DNA from: Camelus ferus | Taxonomy: Eukaryota | Reading direction: 5' to 3' | Length of the DNA stretch: 64,000 nucleotides | Assembly: GCF_009834535.1 (NCBI RefSeq) | Contig: NC_045696.1 | Location: 10,604,001-10,668,000 of the forward strand | In this document: positions 13,080 to 25,600 of the stretch, in pieces | Position numbering within the stretch: the first letter of the stretch is position 1 | How the letters are laid out: each line of letters opens with the position of its first letter | Program-made: the position numbers and the translations under genes | The notes under the pieces: model-generated | What the model was told of the DNA's origin: nothing | Seen by the model: only the letters and a program-made list of their open reading frames with translations | Database searches by the model: none

Positions 13080-13342
13080 GCGTGCCCCAGACACTTCCTC
13101 AGGGAAGCCTCCTGAGCTTTCCCCCCAGTGTAGACCTCTTTGCTGTTTCTGTTACAGACCTGTGTTCTTTCCCATTGGAGCCCTCTGCTCATCCTTTAAT
13201 GTGGTTATTTAATGGTCTCGCTCCATCACTAAGTGTCCATTTGGGCTCCTTAGTGTGTCAACGAGCACTCGCGCAGTGCCTGACACAGAGTATCGATGAA
13301 TATTTGTGTCACGAGCGAAAGAGCGCACGAACGGAATGAATA
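13080..13342 (+). mobile_element. L2 3' fragment
   Basis: 'cacttcctcagggaagcct', 'gcagtgcctgacacagag...tgaatatttg' and decayed (GAAT)n tail. Confidence 0.65.
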
Positions 13343-13399
13343 AAAGAACTGGGCGCTGCTGCTGCTCTGGAGGAGCCAGGGTTCTACCCCCTTGGCTGC

Positions 13400-13515
13400 A
13401 CTCAAGACTCATCAGGGTGCTTTCAAAAACAGTACATGGGGCGGCCTCTGGCTCTGGTGGCCCTGGAAAGCTCCAGAAGTGATGATCCTGTGTGCCCAGG
13501 GCTGAGAACCACTGG
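13400..13515 (+). mobile_element. MER5-type hAT-Charlie fragment
   Basis: 3' end 'aagctccagaagtgatgatcctgtgtgcccagggctgagaaccactg'. Confidence 0.6.
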
Positions 13516-13547
13516 TCTTGAGAAAGGGAGCTGAGGGCTCTTTACAA

Positions 13548-13695
13548 GAGCGGTTTTCAAACGTGGCTGTGTCTCCAGACCCTCATGCATGGACTGCATC
13601 CTGGAACAGAGCCTCTGAGGTGGGACCCACACATTAGTATTTTTAAAACTTCTGCAGGTTGATTCCAACATGTAGACAAAGCCGAGACCCACTGC
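13548..13695 (+). mobile_element. MER5A-like hAT-Charlie MITE
   Basis: TIR-like ends 'agcggttttcaaac' and 'gagacccactg'; internal 'ctctgaggtgggaccca...tttttaaaacttctgcaggttgattc'. Confidence 0.7.
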
Positions 13696-13768
13696 CAAAT
13701 GTCCCCTTTCTCTTAAGCTTCCCCTCTCTCCTGTCCTGGTAGATTTGATTAGAAATCTATGGTTTAGA

Positions 13769-13924
13769 GTAGGGGAGGGGATAGCTCAGTGGTAGAGTGC
13801 ATGCTTAGCATGCACGAGGTCCTGGGTTCAAGCCGCAACACCTCCATTGAAAATAAAAATTAAATAAATAAATAAATAAACAAACCTAATTACTTCCCCC
13901 CAATTAAAAAATTTAAAAAAAAAG
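13769..13924 (+). mobile_element. Camelid tRNA-Ala-derived SINE (vic-1-like), long form
   Basis: tRNA-Ala(AGC)-like head with A/B boxes, (TAAA)n, 'aaacctaattacttcccccc' and A tail; perfect 18-bp TSD agaaatctatggtttaga at 13751-13768 and 13925-13942. Confidence 0.95.
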
Positions 13925-13987
13925 AGAAATCTATGGTTTAGAAACATTTATCCCTCCCCCCCGCCTCCATGGTCACCTGCCCTCTGA

Positions 13988-14347
13988 CTGTAGGTGTGGC
14001 TCAGGAAGTTGGGGTGGCCCCGTGACTTTGGCTGATGGGATGTCAGTGGACTTTGAAAAGCCCTTTGCCAGACTGCGCTTGCCACCTTGTGCTTTTGTCG
14101 ACACCCTGAGAAAACACATCCGGCCGCCTGTTGGTTCAGGGCAGAGGAGAAACACGTGGAGGAGAGCAGTTCCTGCTGAGCCCCAGGCCTTTGGGGAGAC
14201 ACACACCGCAGCTGGGATCTGCCCAGCCCAGACCAGCCCAACCTCAGCCAACTCACAGACATGCAGACATGGGCGATAATAAATGGTTGTTGTTTTAAAC
14301 CACTGAGTTTTCAGTTCATCACACAGCAAAACTGGAAAACGGATACA
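13988..14347 (+). mobile_element. MaLR LTR (MLT1I/J-like)
   Basis: 'gtgactttggctgatgggatgtcagtgga' and 3' end 'aataaatggttgttgttttaaaccactgagtttt...ataca'. Confidence 0.75.
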
Positions 14348-15044
14348 TCCACTTTTAAACGATAGTATAAATATCCCCTTGGGGCTAATCAGGTGGTCAG
14401 TTCACCTTTGCAAAACTTCAGTGATGTTAGTTTCTTCACTGTTTCCCCAAGAAAAGAAAGATTACAAATGGACAGAATTTCAACCACTTTGTAAAATCGC
14501 ACCATGTATGCATCCCATAAACCATATTGGCCAGTCTCCTTCAGTTAAGTTCATAGGTTGTGGGACTGTGTGACCTTGGGCAAAGAAGATTACAGGAATA
14601 ATCACATGTTTAAACAGTCTTTCTATTCAGCATCAATCACTCAGATGTTTGTATTTTACCTCCTTTCCTGAACTAAAGAATATGGATTAACAGCGCATTC
14701 ATTAATCTTGTTGGAGTCCGTTTATCTGGAAATTGTCAACAAATGAAATATTTTAAATATTATCTTATTAATTCAGAAAATATTGACAATTCCTTGTCCC
14801 CAGATATAAGTAGAATGAAATAAAGGCTGTGAGGGTCACATACAGCCTTTCTCCTTCACCTCCCTGCTGATTTCGATGTACAGAGTCCTTGGTACCTCCC
14901 TTGTGAGCCCCAGACTGAGGGGAGGCGTTCTGATGTCTGACTGGAGCTTGGGCTGGGTCTTTGCAATGCCATTTGGGTTGAAATAGCATCCCCTGGGTAA
15001 ACTGGGTACCCAAATCTCTGACATGTGGTTCGGAGAGGGTTCCA

Positions 15045-15208
15045 AGGATGGGTTCTGGGGTGGGTGCCACAAACCATTTGATACTGAAGGCAAAAGCATG
15101 CGTGGGGATGTGTGCACGCATGTGGGCACTATTCTGGGGAGAAGGGTCAGAGTTTTCATTAGATTGTCAAAGAGATCAGTGACCATTTAGCAGGTTAAAG
15201 ATCATCAC
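15045..15208 (+). mobile_element. hAT-Charlie fragment (MER112/MER113-like)
   Basis: 'ttctggggagaagggtcagagttttcattagattgtcaaagagatcagtgacc...ggttaaagatcatc'. Confidence 0.6.
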
Positions 15209-15532
15209 CTTAGTAGAATGTCCAGTGCCAAGGAGAATCCTACCCTCCAAGCGATCATCCTTCAGCTCCTGTAATTCCAGGGGCTGTAAAGATGAGTGGA
15301 CTCTCCAATGTCTTCCCTCAGCCTTCTTTCTCATGCAGACTTGGATGTCCAGTCATCGCACCCCGCTCCCCTGGAGGGTGGGCAGGGCGAGGCCTTGGAG
15401 GCGGCCTCTCTCAGTCCTCCCAGGGTCCTTTCCCAGTGAGGCTGACCAGCACTTACTATAGAATAACCTTTCCTATCCTGAAGCCATTAATTTAGGTACA
15501 TCAAAGTAGCTTCTGTCCCCATCCAGAAGATC

Positions 15533-15533
15533 A

Positions 15534-15564
<31 letters not shown>
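15533..15564. repeat. (AAAAC)n microsatellite
   Basis: Directly visible. Confidence 0.9.
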
Positions 15565-16389
15565 GCCACTAACTATTGCAGCAGCTCTCCAGGTTACAAA
15601 CACGTTTTCAGTGCCGTTATATTCCTGCTTCTGCTCCCACACCCTCCCCCTCTTCCTTCATTGCGGAGCACCCTCCAGGTTTCTGCTGTCACCCTTAGGT
15701 GGCAGATTCCCAAATTCACAAGAGCTTCCCAAAGGCCAGGTTTAAGGCTGAGAGAAAGGCAGCTTGTCACGGAACCCAAATACCAAACACCTCTGCCGTC
15801 GCAGGGAAGCCCACAGCGAGGAGGCAGGGCCTGGCGGGTGAGGGTGGTTTTAGGGCTGCACGTGGGTGCACGGGTGTGAAGTCCCACACCTTGTCTGTGG
15901 TTTGGGGTGCCCTCCCCCGCAGCTTTCAGTTGGAGGAGTGCATCTTCCCAGACCTGAGGGGGCAGATCTGCATCTGCCTTTGTCTGTGTGGATGGGGTGA
16001 CTTCTCCGCTTGTGCTGCTCTTACTTAGACGAACTTAGGGGACAGGACAGTGCATGGGTGAATGGTGAAGACTGCGTCTAGGAGCGAGGTGGGGTGAACT
16101 GATGATGGGCCGGGCCAAGGAAGGTGTTCAGTCTTCCCCTCCTCCAGAGAAGACAGGGCACACCCCTCATATATCAGCGAACAGGGGCCCCACCCGGGTC
16201 AGGGCTGGATGTTCTGTTCATGTTTTAAAAGTGTTTTGTCTTCTTCCCTGAGACATCCCAGAGCACATCCACTAATGGTTTCCACCCAGATTTCCCAGCC
16301 TGGTCTGCCCGCGATGGAGCAAGTAAGGGCGACCACAGTTCCCTCTCACTGTGACATCCAGCAGCCATGGGGCCGGGCGCTTCCACTTT

Positions 16390-16810
16390 TCTGTGTGGTC
16401 TGACCAAGCCTCTGGATCACTCCTCAGAATCATGCTTTTAAAACACATAAAATAAAATACTCAGGATTACAGAGGAAACCAATTACAGTGAAATACAGGG
16501 ATGAAAATATTTTTAAAGAACAATTCTGGGACATATAATTACGTGTTTCTTTAAAAACACACAGGAAAGACCCCGCAGCAAGTCTCATTGTGTGAAAGTT
16601 TGAAATAGTGACGTGTAAAGCGTATTTTAAGATTCCTCCAACAACTGCGACATGACTTGAATATATCAGCAGTTTTGAATGGTGACAAATACCACTGTGG
16701 CCTGTGCCCTACATGTGTAATCAAATTGGAAATTTCAGTTAGAGGCTAGTGAAAATAAAGATGTAATTTCTCCTCCTCTAAGTTCATGGAGCCCGGATGA
16801 AGCCTGCTGT
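16390..16810 (-). mobile_element. hAT-Charlie DNA transposon (MER119-like)
   Basis: 'aaatttcagttagaggctagtgaaaataaagatgtaattt' and 'cataaaataaaatac...ggattacagaggaaaccaattac' match the reverse consensus as recalled. Confidence 0.75.
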
Positions 16811-16819
16811 CAACCTCTG

Positions 16820-17248
16820 AAGCCTGTTGAATTGGGTCCGCCACCAAATTCACTTGCTGAAGTCCTAACCCCCAGGACCTCGGAATGCAATTCAATTTGG
16901 AAATAGGATCATTGCAGATGCAGTTAGTTGCGATGAGGTCATACTGGAATGGACTGGCTGCCAATCCAAAATTACTAGTGTCCTTATAAAAAGGGGAAAT
17001 TCGGACAGAGAGACACACACTCAGGGAGAACACCATTGATGACAGAGACAGATCCAGGTGATGCTTCTACCAGCTAAGGAATGCCAAAGCTTGCCCAGAG
17101 AGAGGCGTGGAACAGACTCTTCCCCTCAGTCCTCGGAAGGAACCGTCCCTGATGGCATCTTGATCTCAGACATCTAACCTCTAAGATTGTGAGACACACA
17201 ATTGTTGTTCAAGTCACTCACTTGAGGCAGCCCCAGCAAACTCGTACA
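16820..17248 (+). mobile_element. MaLR LTR (MLT1B/C-like)
   Basis: 'gaagtcctaacccccagg', 'gtgtccttataaaaagggga', 'gaacagactcttcccctcag'; ends 'gcagccccagcaaactcgtaca'. Confidence 0.85.
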
Positions 17249-17274
17249 TGGCCCTCGGGTGCGGGGACCAAGGT

Positions 17275-17505
17275 CCACCTCTGGAGTCACAGGAGCTGGG
17301 TTCCAATATATCCTCATTCAGCCCCACCACTTGGCGGCTGCATGAGTCTGGGAAAGCATCCTATCTCTGGGGCTCTGTTAACCTCTCTAATTCCTTGCTG
17401 ACAGAATGGAGACAGAAAAGCTATCTACCTCGTAGGGTTGCCAGGAGGCTGGAATAGGTGGCAGAGCATCTTGCAAGCACTGTGTGTGCACTTTGGCTCT
17501 AAGTC
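17275..17505 (+). mobile_element. MIR SINE
   Basis: 'ctggagtcacaggagctgggttcc...tacctcgtagggttgccaggagg'. Confidence 0.6.
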
Positions 17506-19689
17506 ACCAATGAGATTTTTCTCCTTAAGTTTTGAGAAAGACTGGAAACAGAATCAATCCTTTAAAAGGCACTGCCCTCAGACTGTCTGCCAAGGAGTTT
17601 TGGGTTTATCTCCCATGTCTTCTTTCCTTCCACTCCAAACCCCTCGTTTGGGGACACGATAGATTCCTAGGCAGACCGCACACAATTTTTTAACATCTGC
17701 GAGGGAATTGTAAAATTCTTGGCACCAAAACAGAGACATTGTGCTTAATTGCTGGGCTCACGCCTGATTTTGACAGTTACAATACCTGGTTCAACAGTGC
17801 CGCTAGCCAAAAGTCACCCGTTAAACATGTTTTTCTTAAACAGTGACTGATAAATTGTTATCTTCCAGCTTCTCCTGCTAATTAGACATCATGAGTCAAA
17901 GTTAATTTGGTGGAAAACATTTCTCAACTTAATGACATTTATGGGCAATTAGGCATGTGTGGAAGGGAACGCAGATTTGCATTTCAGCCTATTTCCAGGG
18001 CTTAACAAGAATCTCCTCTTTCCCGGCTGGAGATTTCTCATTCTCGGAGGGATGTGTTCAATACAGACACCACGGCCTCCTTGTTATGCTAGTAACTGGC
18101 AGTTGTTTGCACGAAACAAGCTACCCCGCAGTAATGAGGTGCAGACGAAGATAAAATTAGGCTCCGTGAAGATTTTTGTGTTGTGTAGACCCGGGTCACA
18201 TTGCAAGGAGTCCTGAACTTCAAGCCCAGTGAAAACCACGTCCACAGACTCACAGATGAATACATGCCAAGCACATATTTGTCAACCCCTTGTCAGAAAT
18301 GGCCTCTATTTTTGAAGTTAACCCGTTTGAAAACTAGCTAACCAACGAAAAAAAAAGTGTTCCTAAATTTTAAGATTATGTGCACTTACTGTTGGGTTGA
18401 TGTTACTGTTCTATTTTTTGTTTTGGCCAGCAAAACAGTCTCAGCAGGTCATTTTGTCACAACGTATTGACATATTCCCCTGTGGCTGTACCCATCATGT
18501 GGGAATCCAGTTTGAGTGGCAGCTGAGAAGCAAAGGCGTGGGCACTTGGGCACTTCAGTCCCAGCTCAGCTCCTGGACAACATGGTACCCACCTGCATCT
18601 GTCCTAGCCAGCATCCTTCTTACCTGGCTCTGTCTTCTCCCCAGGAAATGCTTTAGTTAAATTCACATGAACATGCTAGTTCTCCTTTGGAAGCGGAGAG
18701 TCGTATTTATGTATATGAACACACACACACACATGCACAGATAATAAATAGTGGTGATTCTTCACCCTACCCCACTGGCAGGCTGGCTTATGGGTGTAAG
18801 GAACCAAGATTGAAATAGAAGGCTCCATTCCAGTAATTCCAAAGCAATTCAGTGGGTTATGGTGCTGAGTCAGGAATTATAATTGACCAAATCCTCAACC
18901 TAGGAGCCAAGCATCTCCCATAGGATGCCAGGAATTCACAGTTCCGTAAAATCTGGACAATGAGGTACCCTCTCTCCCTGGTGCCTCAAGATTTGTAAAA
19001 TCCTCATATTCTATGTAAATAGTTGAAACATTTTATTCTGTTTAATGTATAACACACATATACATGATATATCCAAAAATTTAAAAAAAATTTATTTTCT
19101 GGGTGGTTGAAGGGTAGAATAAAACTTTACATGACAACCAATAATGATAACTTTAGCTGCTCATTAACTCTATAATTTAGGTGTTATGAACCGTTGTTTC
19201 CTAAGATAAGGCAAAAAACAAAATGAAAAATTTAAAAATATAAAAGTAATATTTAATATATGAATATTATTATAATACATAAGCTATAAATATAAGCTAT
19301 AAACAATATATGCATAGTAAAATAAAAGGAATGCACAAAACAAAATAATGATCAGGTTAAGGCCCCTAAAAGTAAACAGCACTTTCTTTTAAGAAAACTT
19401 TCCAGGAGACAAATATGATTTTCTGATGATCTGTACTGCAGTTCGCTTAGATCCAGCTGTCCCTCGATGCCACAGTGAGCCTGCCTCATCTCAGGGGGAA
19501 GGTCTGCACAGAAGCCCTGGGGCAGGTGGTGGTGGGCAGCAGCAGACTGGGAATTGTGATACTGTGGTCTGGTGAAATGGGGGCCTAGCCCCCAGGTGTC
19601 CATTGGAGCAACCGCATGGGAGGGCTGGAAAAGTGACTTTTCCATGGAGAATGTCCTTGTGTGGTGTCTCATCTAGACCGCCAGGTGCC

Positions 19690-20070
19690 TGGTTACACCC
19701 TCGCTGGCTGCGTGGTTATGAATTCTATTTCTTTCCTCATCTGTAAGAGGATGATAATAATCATACCTACATAGAACTGTTGTTACGGAGATTAAATGGG
19801 CTTGTGCACATGAACTGCTTCCAACAGTGCCCATTACAGTGACAACAGTTATAATAATAATAGTAATGGCTAATGTTAGCTCTTTATCAGGAATGTTCAG
19901 ACACCGATTGTGCTAAGAATGCCAAATGGGGAACTCAGAACAGCCAGATTTGAGTTCTGGCTAGCTGTTTGTTGTTTACAAAAAGCCACGTAATTACCTC
20001 GAGTTTCAGTCTCCTGTCTGTAAAATGAAGCTAATGATACCTGCCTTACAAAACTGTCAGAAGAATCAAC
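19690..20070 (+). mobile_element. Cluster of MIR fragments
   Basis: Cores 'tttcctcatctgtaagaggatgataataatcatacc' and 'tttcagtctcctgtctgtaaaatgaag'. Confidence 0.7.
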
Positions 20071-20669
20071 AAGACATGCATGCTGGAGGCTGTGACCATG
20101 GATGGCGCTGGGGCAGGTGGTCAAGAGAGAAGCTCGGGCTTTTCCTTTGAATTTGGGAGCTGACTGCAGCCTCCATCTGGGCACTGCCTCTGGACCACAT
20201 GCCACTCTCCTGGCCTTTCCCACTCCTCTCCCCCATCACAGTGTGCCTAACGGGTGTCCTTCTCTGCCGGATCCTGTTTCTTGCCAGGTGACAGCAAGGT
20301 AATCCGGCCACACACTCCTTGCTAATGGGGATTAGGGTGCTAATGGATTCTCCCTCTAGGTTGACATATGTACTTCTACAGTGGGGCCTGCTGGAGAGAT
20401 GCTCTTGCCAGAGAAGTGACTCCAATGGACTGAGTCTGCAGGCAGTGGGAAGGGTCATTGCAATGCGGTCAGTCGTGTGCTCTGCCAGCGGCTCCCGATT
20501 TACCGCTACATCAAAGTCTGGCCACTTTCCTCCAACATACCCATTTTCCCACTCCATTCCCCATTGTACAAAACTCAGAAGACTTTTCTTGAAGGAGAAA
20601 AAAAATGTACCTTTTAATGAATTAATCAATGCACCCAATGTTTCCTAAACACCTTGTAAAAGCATAATG

Positions 20670-20772
20670 ATACTTGTCATTTATTAAGCTCCTACTATGT
20701 ACCAAACCTTGAACTTGGTGCCTTATGTATATTATTTCATTTAATTTTTGCAACCACCCCCGCCCCACCTTA
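20670..20772 (-). mobile_element. MIR fragment interrupted by the ERV1 LTR
   Basis: 'catttattaagctcctactatgtacca...atttcatttaat'. Confidence 0.7.
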
Positions 20773-20776
20773 CAGG

Positions 20777-21260
20777 CGTCGACTGAAATAAATGCACAAC
20801 CTAAAAATTGAGAGTTATTTGTTTGGTGGACAAATCCGAGGACTCGAGCCGGGATGACAGCCTCTGAGATCGCTCTGAGGGACTGCTCCAAACAGGTAGG
20901 GGAGGAGCTAGGATATATAGGAGCTTTACAACAAAGACCAGGTAGTTGGAACATTAAAAGATTGCTTGTTAACTAAAGAAAACCAGGCATCTCAAGTTAA
21001 AGAGTTCAGCACTTTTCTAGGTATGGGAGGGAGCAAACATTTGGGCTCATTGAATTCATTCCTTTGACAAGCACCTAGCTCTCTAGGGCCAGTATCCTGT
21101 CTTTTCTCATTCTGAGTCCCCTCAGGGTGCACCATTGTGAGTGGTTGCAGAGGCTGGACTGCAGGCTTGTCTTCCCTGGGGGCTGGTGGCAGCCGCTGAT
21201 GACTTGAAGGCTTCAGCATTCTTTGTTCACTGATATGGTTTGCAGTATTTTTCATTCACA
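20777..21260 (-). mobile_element. ERV1-class solo LTR (MER41/LTR39-like laurasiatherian family)
   Basis: Ends cg(tg)...ca; 4-bp TSD cagg at 20773-20776 and 21261-21264; homologous to 57551-58055. Confidence 0.85.
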
Positions 21261-21276
21261 CAGGTGAAAAGACAAG

Positions 21277-21885
21277 TTTTTTGTTTTTTAAAATTGTAGT
21301 AAAATACACATAACGTTTACCATCTTGACTGTTTTTAAGGGTATAGTTTATTGGCATTAAGTACATCTACATTTTTGTGCAGCCATCACCACCATCCACC
21401 CACAGGGCTCTTTTTGTCTTGTAAAATAGAAATTCCACACCCATTGAACAACAAATCCCCATTCTCCTTTCCCCACAGCCCCTGGCAACCACCATTCTAC
21501 TTTCTGTCTCTATGGATTTGACTATTTTATGTGTCTTGTATAAGTGGAATCACACAATATTGGTCCTTTTGTGCCTGGCTTATTACATTTAGCATAATTT
21601 CCTCAAGGTTCACATAGTGTAGCATGTGTCAGAATTTTCTTCCTTTTTATGGCTGAATAATATTCCATCATATGGTTAGATCACATTTTGCTTATCCATT
21701 CACCTGTTGAAGGACACGTGAATTACTTCCGCCTTTCGGTTACTGTGAATAATGCCATTATGATCATGGTTGTACAAATATCTCTTTGAATTTCTGCTTT
21801 CAATGATTTTCAATATATACACAGAAGTGAAATTGCTAGATCATATGGTGATTTCATTTTTAATTTTTTGAAAAACCACGGACTA
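21277..21885 (-). mobile_element. L1 3' end (L1MA/L1MB-type)
   Basis: Antisense L1 3'UTR: 'cccctggcaaccaccattctactttctgtctctatg', 'ggctgaataatattccat', 'aattgctagatcatatggt'. Confidence 0.9.
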
Positions 21886-22203
21886 TTTTTCTTTTTTTCT
21901 CTACACCCTCACTGACCCTTGTATTTTCTGTTTTTGTTGTTGTTGTTGATGTTTGATAATAAACTTTCTTTTAAAAATTTTTTTATTGAGTGTGGTTTAT
22001 TTACAATGTTAGTTTCAGGTGTGCACATCGACAACTTACTCTCAAATAAGTCAGGAAAGAAAATTCTTTGTACTATTCTTGCAATTTTTCTATACTTCTG
22101 AAATTCTTTAAAAATTAAAGGAAAGATATTTTTAAAAAAATCTACAAGGTAACATGTGACATCAGAATCTGGGCCCTACTTAATAGTAAATAATGGATCA
22201 AAC

Positions 22204-22668
22204 ATAAAGAAGTTGTGGTATATATAGACAATGGAATACTACTCAGCCATAAAAAGAATTAAATAATGCCATTTGCAACAACACGGACCTAGAGATATTA
22301 TACTGAGTGAAGTAAGTCAGACAGAAAGACATATACCATATGATATCACTTACATGAATCTAAAAAAATGATACAAATGAATTTATTTACAAAGCAGAAA
22401 CAGACTCACAGACATAGAAAACAAACTTACGGTTACCAAAGGAAAAGGAGGGAAGGGATAATTTAGGAATTTGGGATTAGCAGGTATAAGCTACTATATA
22501 CAAATTAGGTAAACGACAAGATCTTACAGTATAGCACAGGGAACTCTATTCAATACCTTTAGATAACCTATAATAAAAAAAAGAGTGTGTGTATACATAT
22601 GTATGTATGACTGAGTCCCTATGCTGTACACTAGAAACGAATACAACATTGTAAATCAGCCATACTTT
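22204..22668 (+). mobile_element. 5'-truncated artiodactyl-type L1 3' end
   Basis: 'caatggaatactactcagccataaaaaga', 'cagactcacagacatagaaaacaaactt', 'gtatagcacagggaact'; TSD-like tggatcaa at 22194-22201 and 22675-22682. Confidence 0.9.
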
Positions 22669-25600
22669 AAAAAGTGGATCAACCAAGGCACTACCCCCAA
22701 GAATGTGATAACCCTGAGTGGGCCTGTTCAGGCTCCAGCCTGGCTTTGAAGGAACATCCTTTGCTTTATTTCCCAGCATCAAACACATTTTCACAACAGG
22801 GAGTGCAGTTTTCTCAAGTGGATGATTGCACAGTGATGCCCAAGAGTCCAGAACAAACACTGTGTCCCTGCCTGTAGGGGAGGCCGCCCCCCGCCCCCAG
22901 GTGCCTGCGGACTCTCTATGTGTTAGGAAATAACACCCATGGCTGAAATAAAAGATAGTGTGCATGTTCTGTGGGGCACAATGTGTTTTACGAGGTGATG
23001 GCAAGACTTACATTATGGACTCTCACTCCCCCCCTCCCATCTGGGACACTGGACCCACTCCTGAGGTTATAAATTTGCTTGGAGATGTAGGGAAGAAGCT
23101 AGAAGAAGAGGGGGCAGAAGGGGAGTGTTATAAAAGGTTTGGTGGGGAAGGCGGAGGAAATCAGACTTGACAGAGCAGGCGTGGGAAGTCTCTGCTGATG
23201 CCTGAATAGGGTTCAATATATTGACAATGGCCTTGGGAGGGATTAAGAAGCCTGACTCAGAGCATTCAGCTAGACTAACCCCCTTTGTCCTAAGGAGGCT
23301 GGTGGGCATGATAAAATTATTTTGATTAAGCACATGTGCATTCAGAATAAATTAACTAATACATTCAATTGTTTGTGAGAATTAAATGAATTAACAGATG
23401 GAAAATCATAGCTCAGTGCCCAGGATAATAAATGTTTGCCAAACACACAACAATCCCCGCAAACGTGAGAAGCAGCTTCCCTAAGATGCGTAAAAATCGT
23501 ACCTAACCCTGTTAGCGAAAAACCTGAGAACCCGAAGGCACGGCATTGGACACTCTTCTCCACCAACACGAGCACTGTTACCTCTTTATTTTATTTGCGA
23601 CGGTGCTTTCCCTCTAAGGAATTCCAGGGTTCTTTACAAACTTTAAATTACCCAGGGGAATCGAATCCTCGCAAGCAAGAAAGCAAAATAAAGTTCGTCA
23701 ACCAAAATAAACTCCCTCCATCTCTCTGACTCCCTGGGCGCCAAACCCCTCACCCAGAATAACCCAGGCCGGCTTTCCCTGCCTGCTCAGTTGCCACCGC
23801 CTCCAGCCTCCGTGTCTCTCTGGTGATCAGCTGACCCTCTACGTTTTGCTAATGAACCTTGTGCACTTTAATCGGGAGGGTTTCCTTGGAGAACTTCAGC
23901 AAGGTGCCAGGCCCTTTTTGGTTTTTAATGACTGCCCTCTGACTTCAACCACTCAGAATTCAAACCCATCCTGCTTGCAGGGAACATGAATTCTCCCGCC
24001 ACGATGTTTGATATTGATGAAAGCTTCTTGACGCTTGGATCTGCTATGATCACACACAGTGTGTTTGTGGTTCTTGATCTCCTGGGAGAAGCAGCTCCCG
24101 TGATGATACGACTCCTGCAGATAAACCCGCCTTTGCAGAGACCGGAGTTCAAGACAGAAAGGTAGTCAGGAGCCTTGAACTCAGATTTTGAGAGCTGCTC
24201 TTCCCCTAGTGCTCAAAATTCTATTAACAGAGTTGAAACAAAGTATGTTCCAAGTTGCCGATTTGGGGAGGAGCCCCAGAGCTGTGTGGGTTTACAGCCC
24301 ACTGGCCAGTAAGGGGCGCTGTTGATTGAGAGACTGTGGCTGGAAGCGGGGGAAGAGAAGTGACCAGCTGATGTTTGTATTCTCAGGTCCTTGGAGGCTT
24401 CCCTCTTTGGGGAGGGGGGCGATCTGATGGTAGCAGAAAGACTCAAATAAGAGACTTCAAATTCAGCAGTCTCACTGCTGTGCATCCTCTGAACACAAAA
24501 CAATCCCCACGGGCCGGTTTCCTTGCCAAGTCCTCCCTGGCCGCCCCTCCCTGGTCCAGCCACCTCTGTAATCCAAACAGGGTGGAGGGCTCCAGATGGG
24601 CTTGCTCTGACTGCTCTGGGCTGAAAACTTCAGCCTGCTTGTTCCTTTTCCGTTTTCTGCTGCTTTTTGTGTATTTATCCTGGAGAGCTGTGGCAGGCGA
24701 ATCCTGCCCTTTATGCACTCACTGCACTAGTCCCCTCTGCTGGAATCTATCAAGCACTCAGCTTGACAGACTACTAGAATTGCCACCAAAGTTTTCCAAC
24801 TGTGGGAGGGAGAAAGCCAAGAAGAGAGAGAAGAGAATCCAAGGACTCTGGCATTGCATATCTACCCTGCTTGTGACGGGACCTATTCATATAAGTGGAT
24901 GATATATAACAACCTTTTAAAGACTCCCCTGGCTCCATTTAGTCCGGGTTTAAAACAAATTGTGCTCCTTGTGCTGAGACAGGACCTGGAGCTGTGACCC
25001 AAGGCAGGAGGCTCATCCCTGTGGCCAGCTCCTTCCTGCAGCCTGAGACTTGTGTGCGTTGGGAAGGCACTTAGAGACGCCCTCAAGAAAGGGCTATAGA
25101 AGTGCAAATTATTAATAGTCATTATCCCAGTGATGCTCACTTAAAACCCCGTTGGCAGCAGATAAAACAGTCGAGGCGTCTTGCCATTCCCTTGGGTTTC
25201 TCCTGCTGGTCTCCCTCAGCAGAGACTGCACCAAACATCAGATGTTTGAAAACTCAGGATATTGGCTTTTTGTTTGTTTGTTTGTTTTCATCGATCAAAG
25301 GAGGCAACCCAGGTTTTGAAGGAAAGGTGCGTTTTCTTTAGAGCTGGCAGCGAACCAGTTAAATGAGAACTGTCCCCCTTTTTCTTTTTGAGGTCATATT
25401 TGAAGATAAAAGTGCCCCTATTAACATGCAGATTCGGATATCCATTTGCAAAGCACAGAGTTATTTCAGATGCTGTATGGGAATCCTTTCTGTATTTGTG
25501 TCTTTGGGGGTGGGAAGTCCAGCTGCCTCTTCTAAGATTGCCCATAACTCTTCAGATGTCAACAAATCATTGAAAGGTGTCAGAATGAGGGAAATGAAAG

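Noticed and set aside
13771..13846. tRNA-Ala(AGC) gene
   Set aside because: Mismatched acceptor and T stems, an A-rich tail and an 18-bp TSD make it a SINE; the same applies to the other five copies
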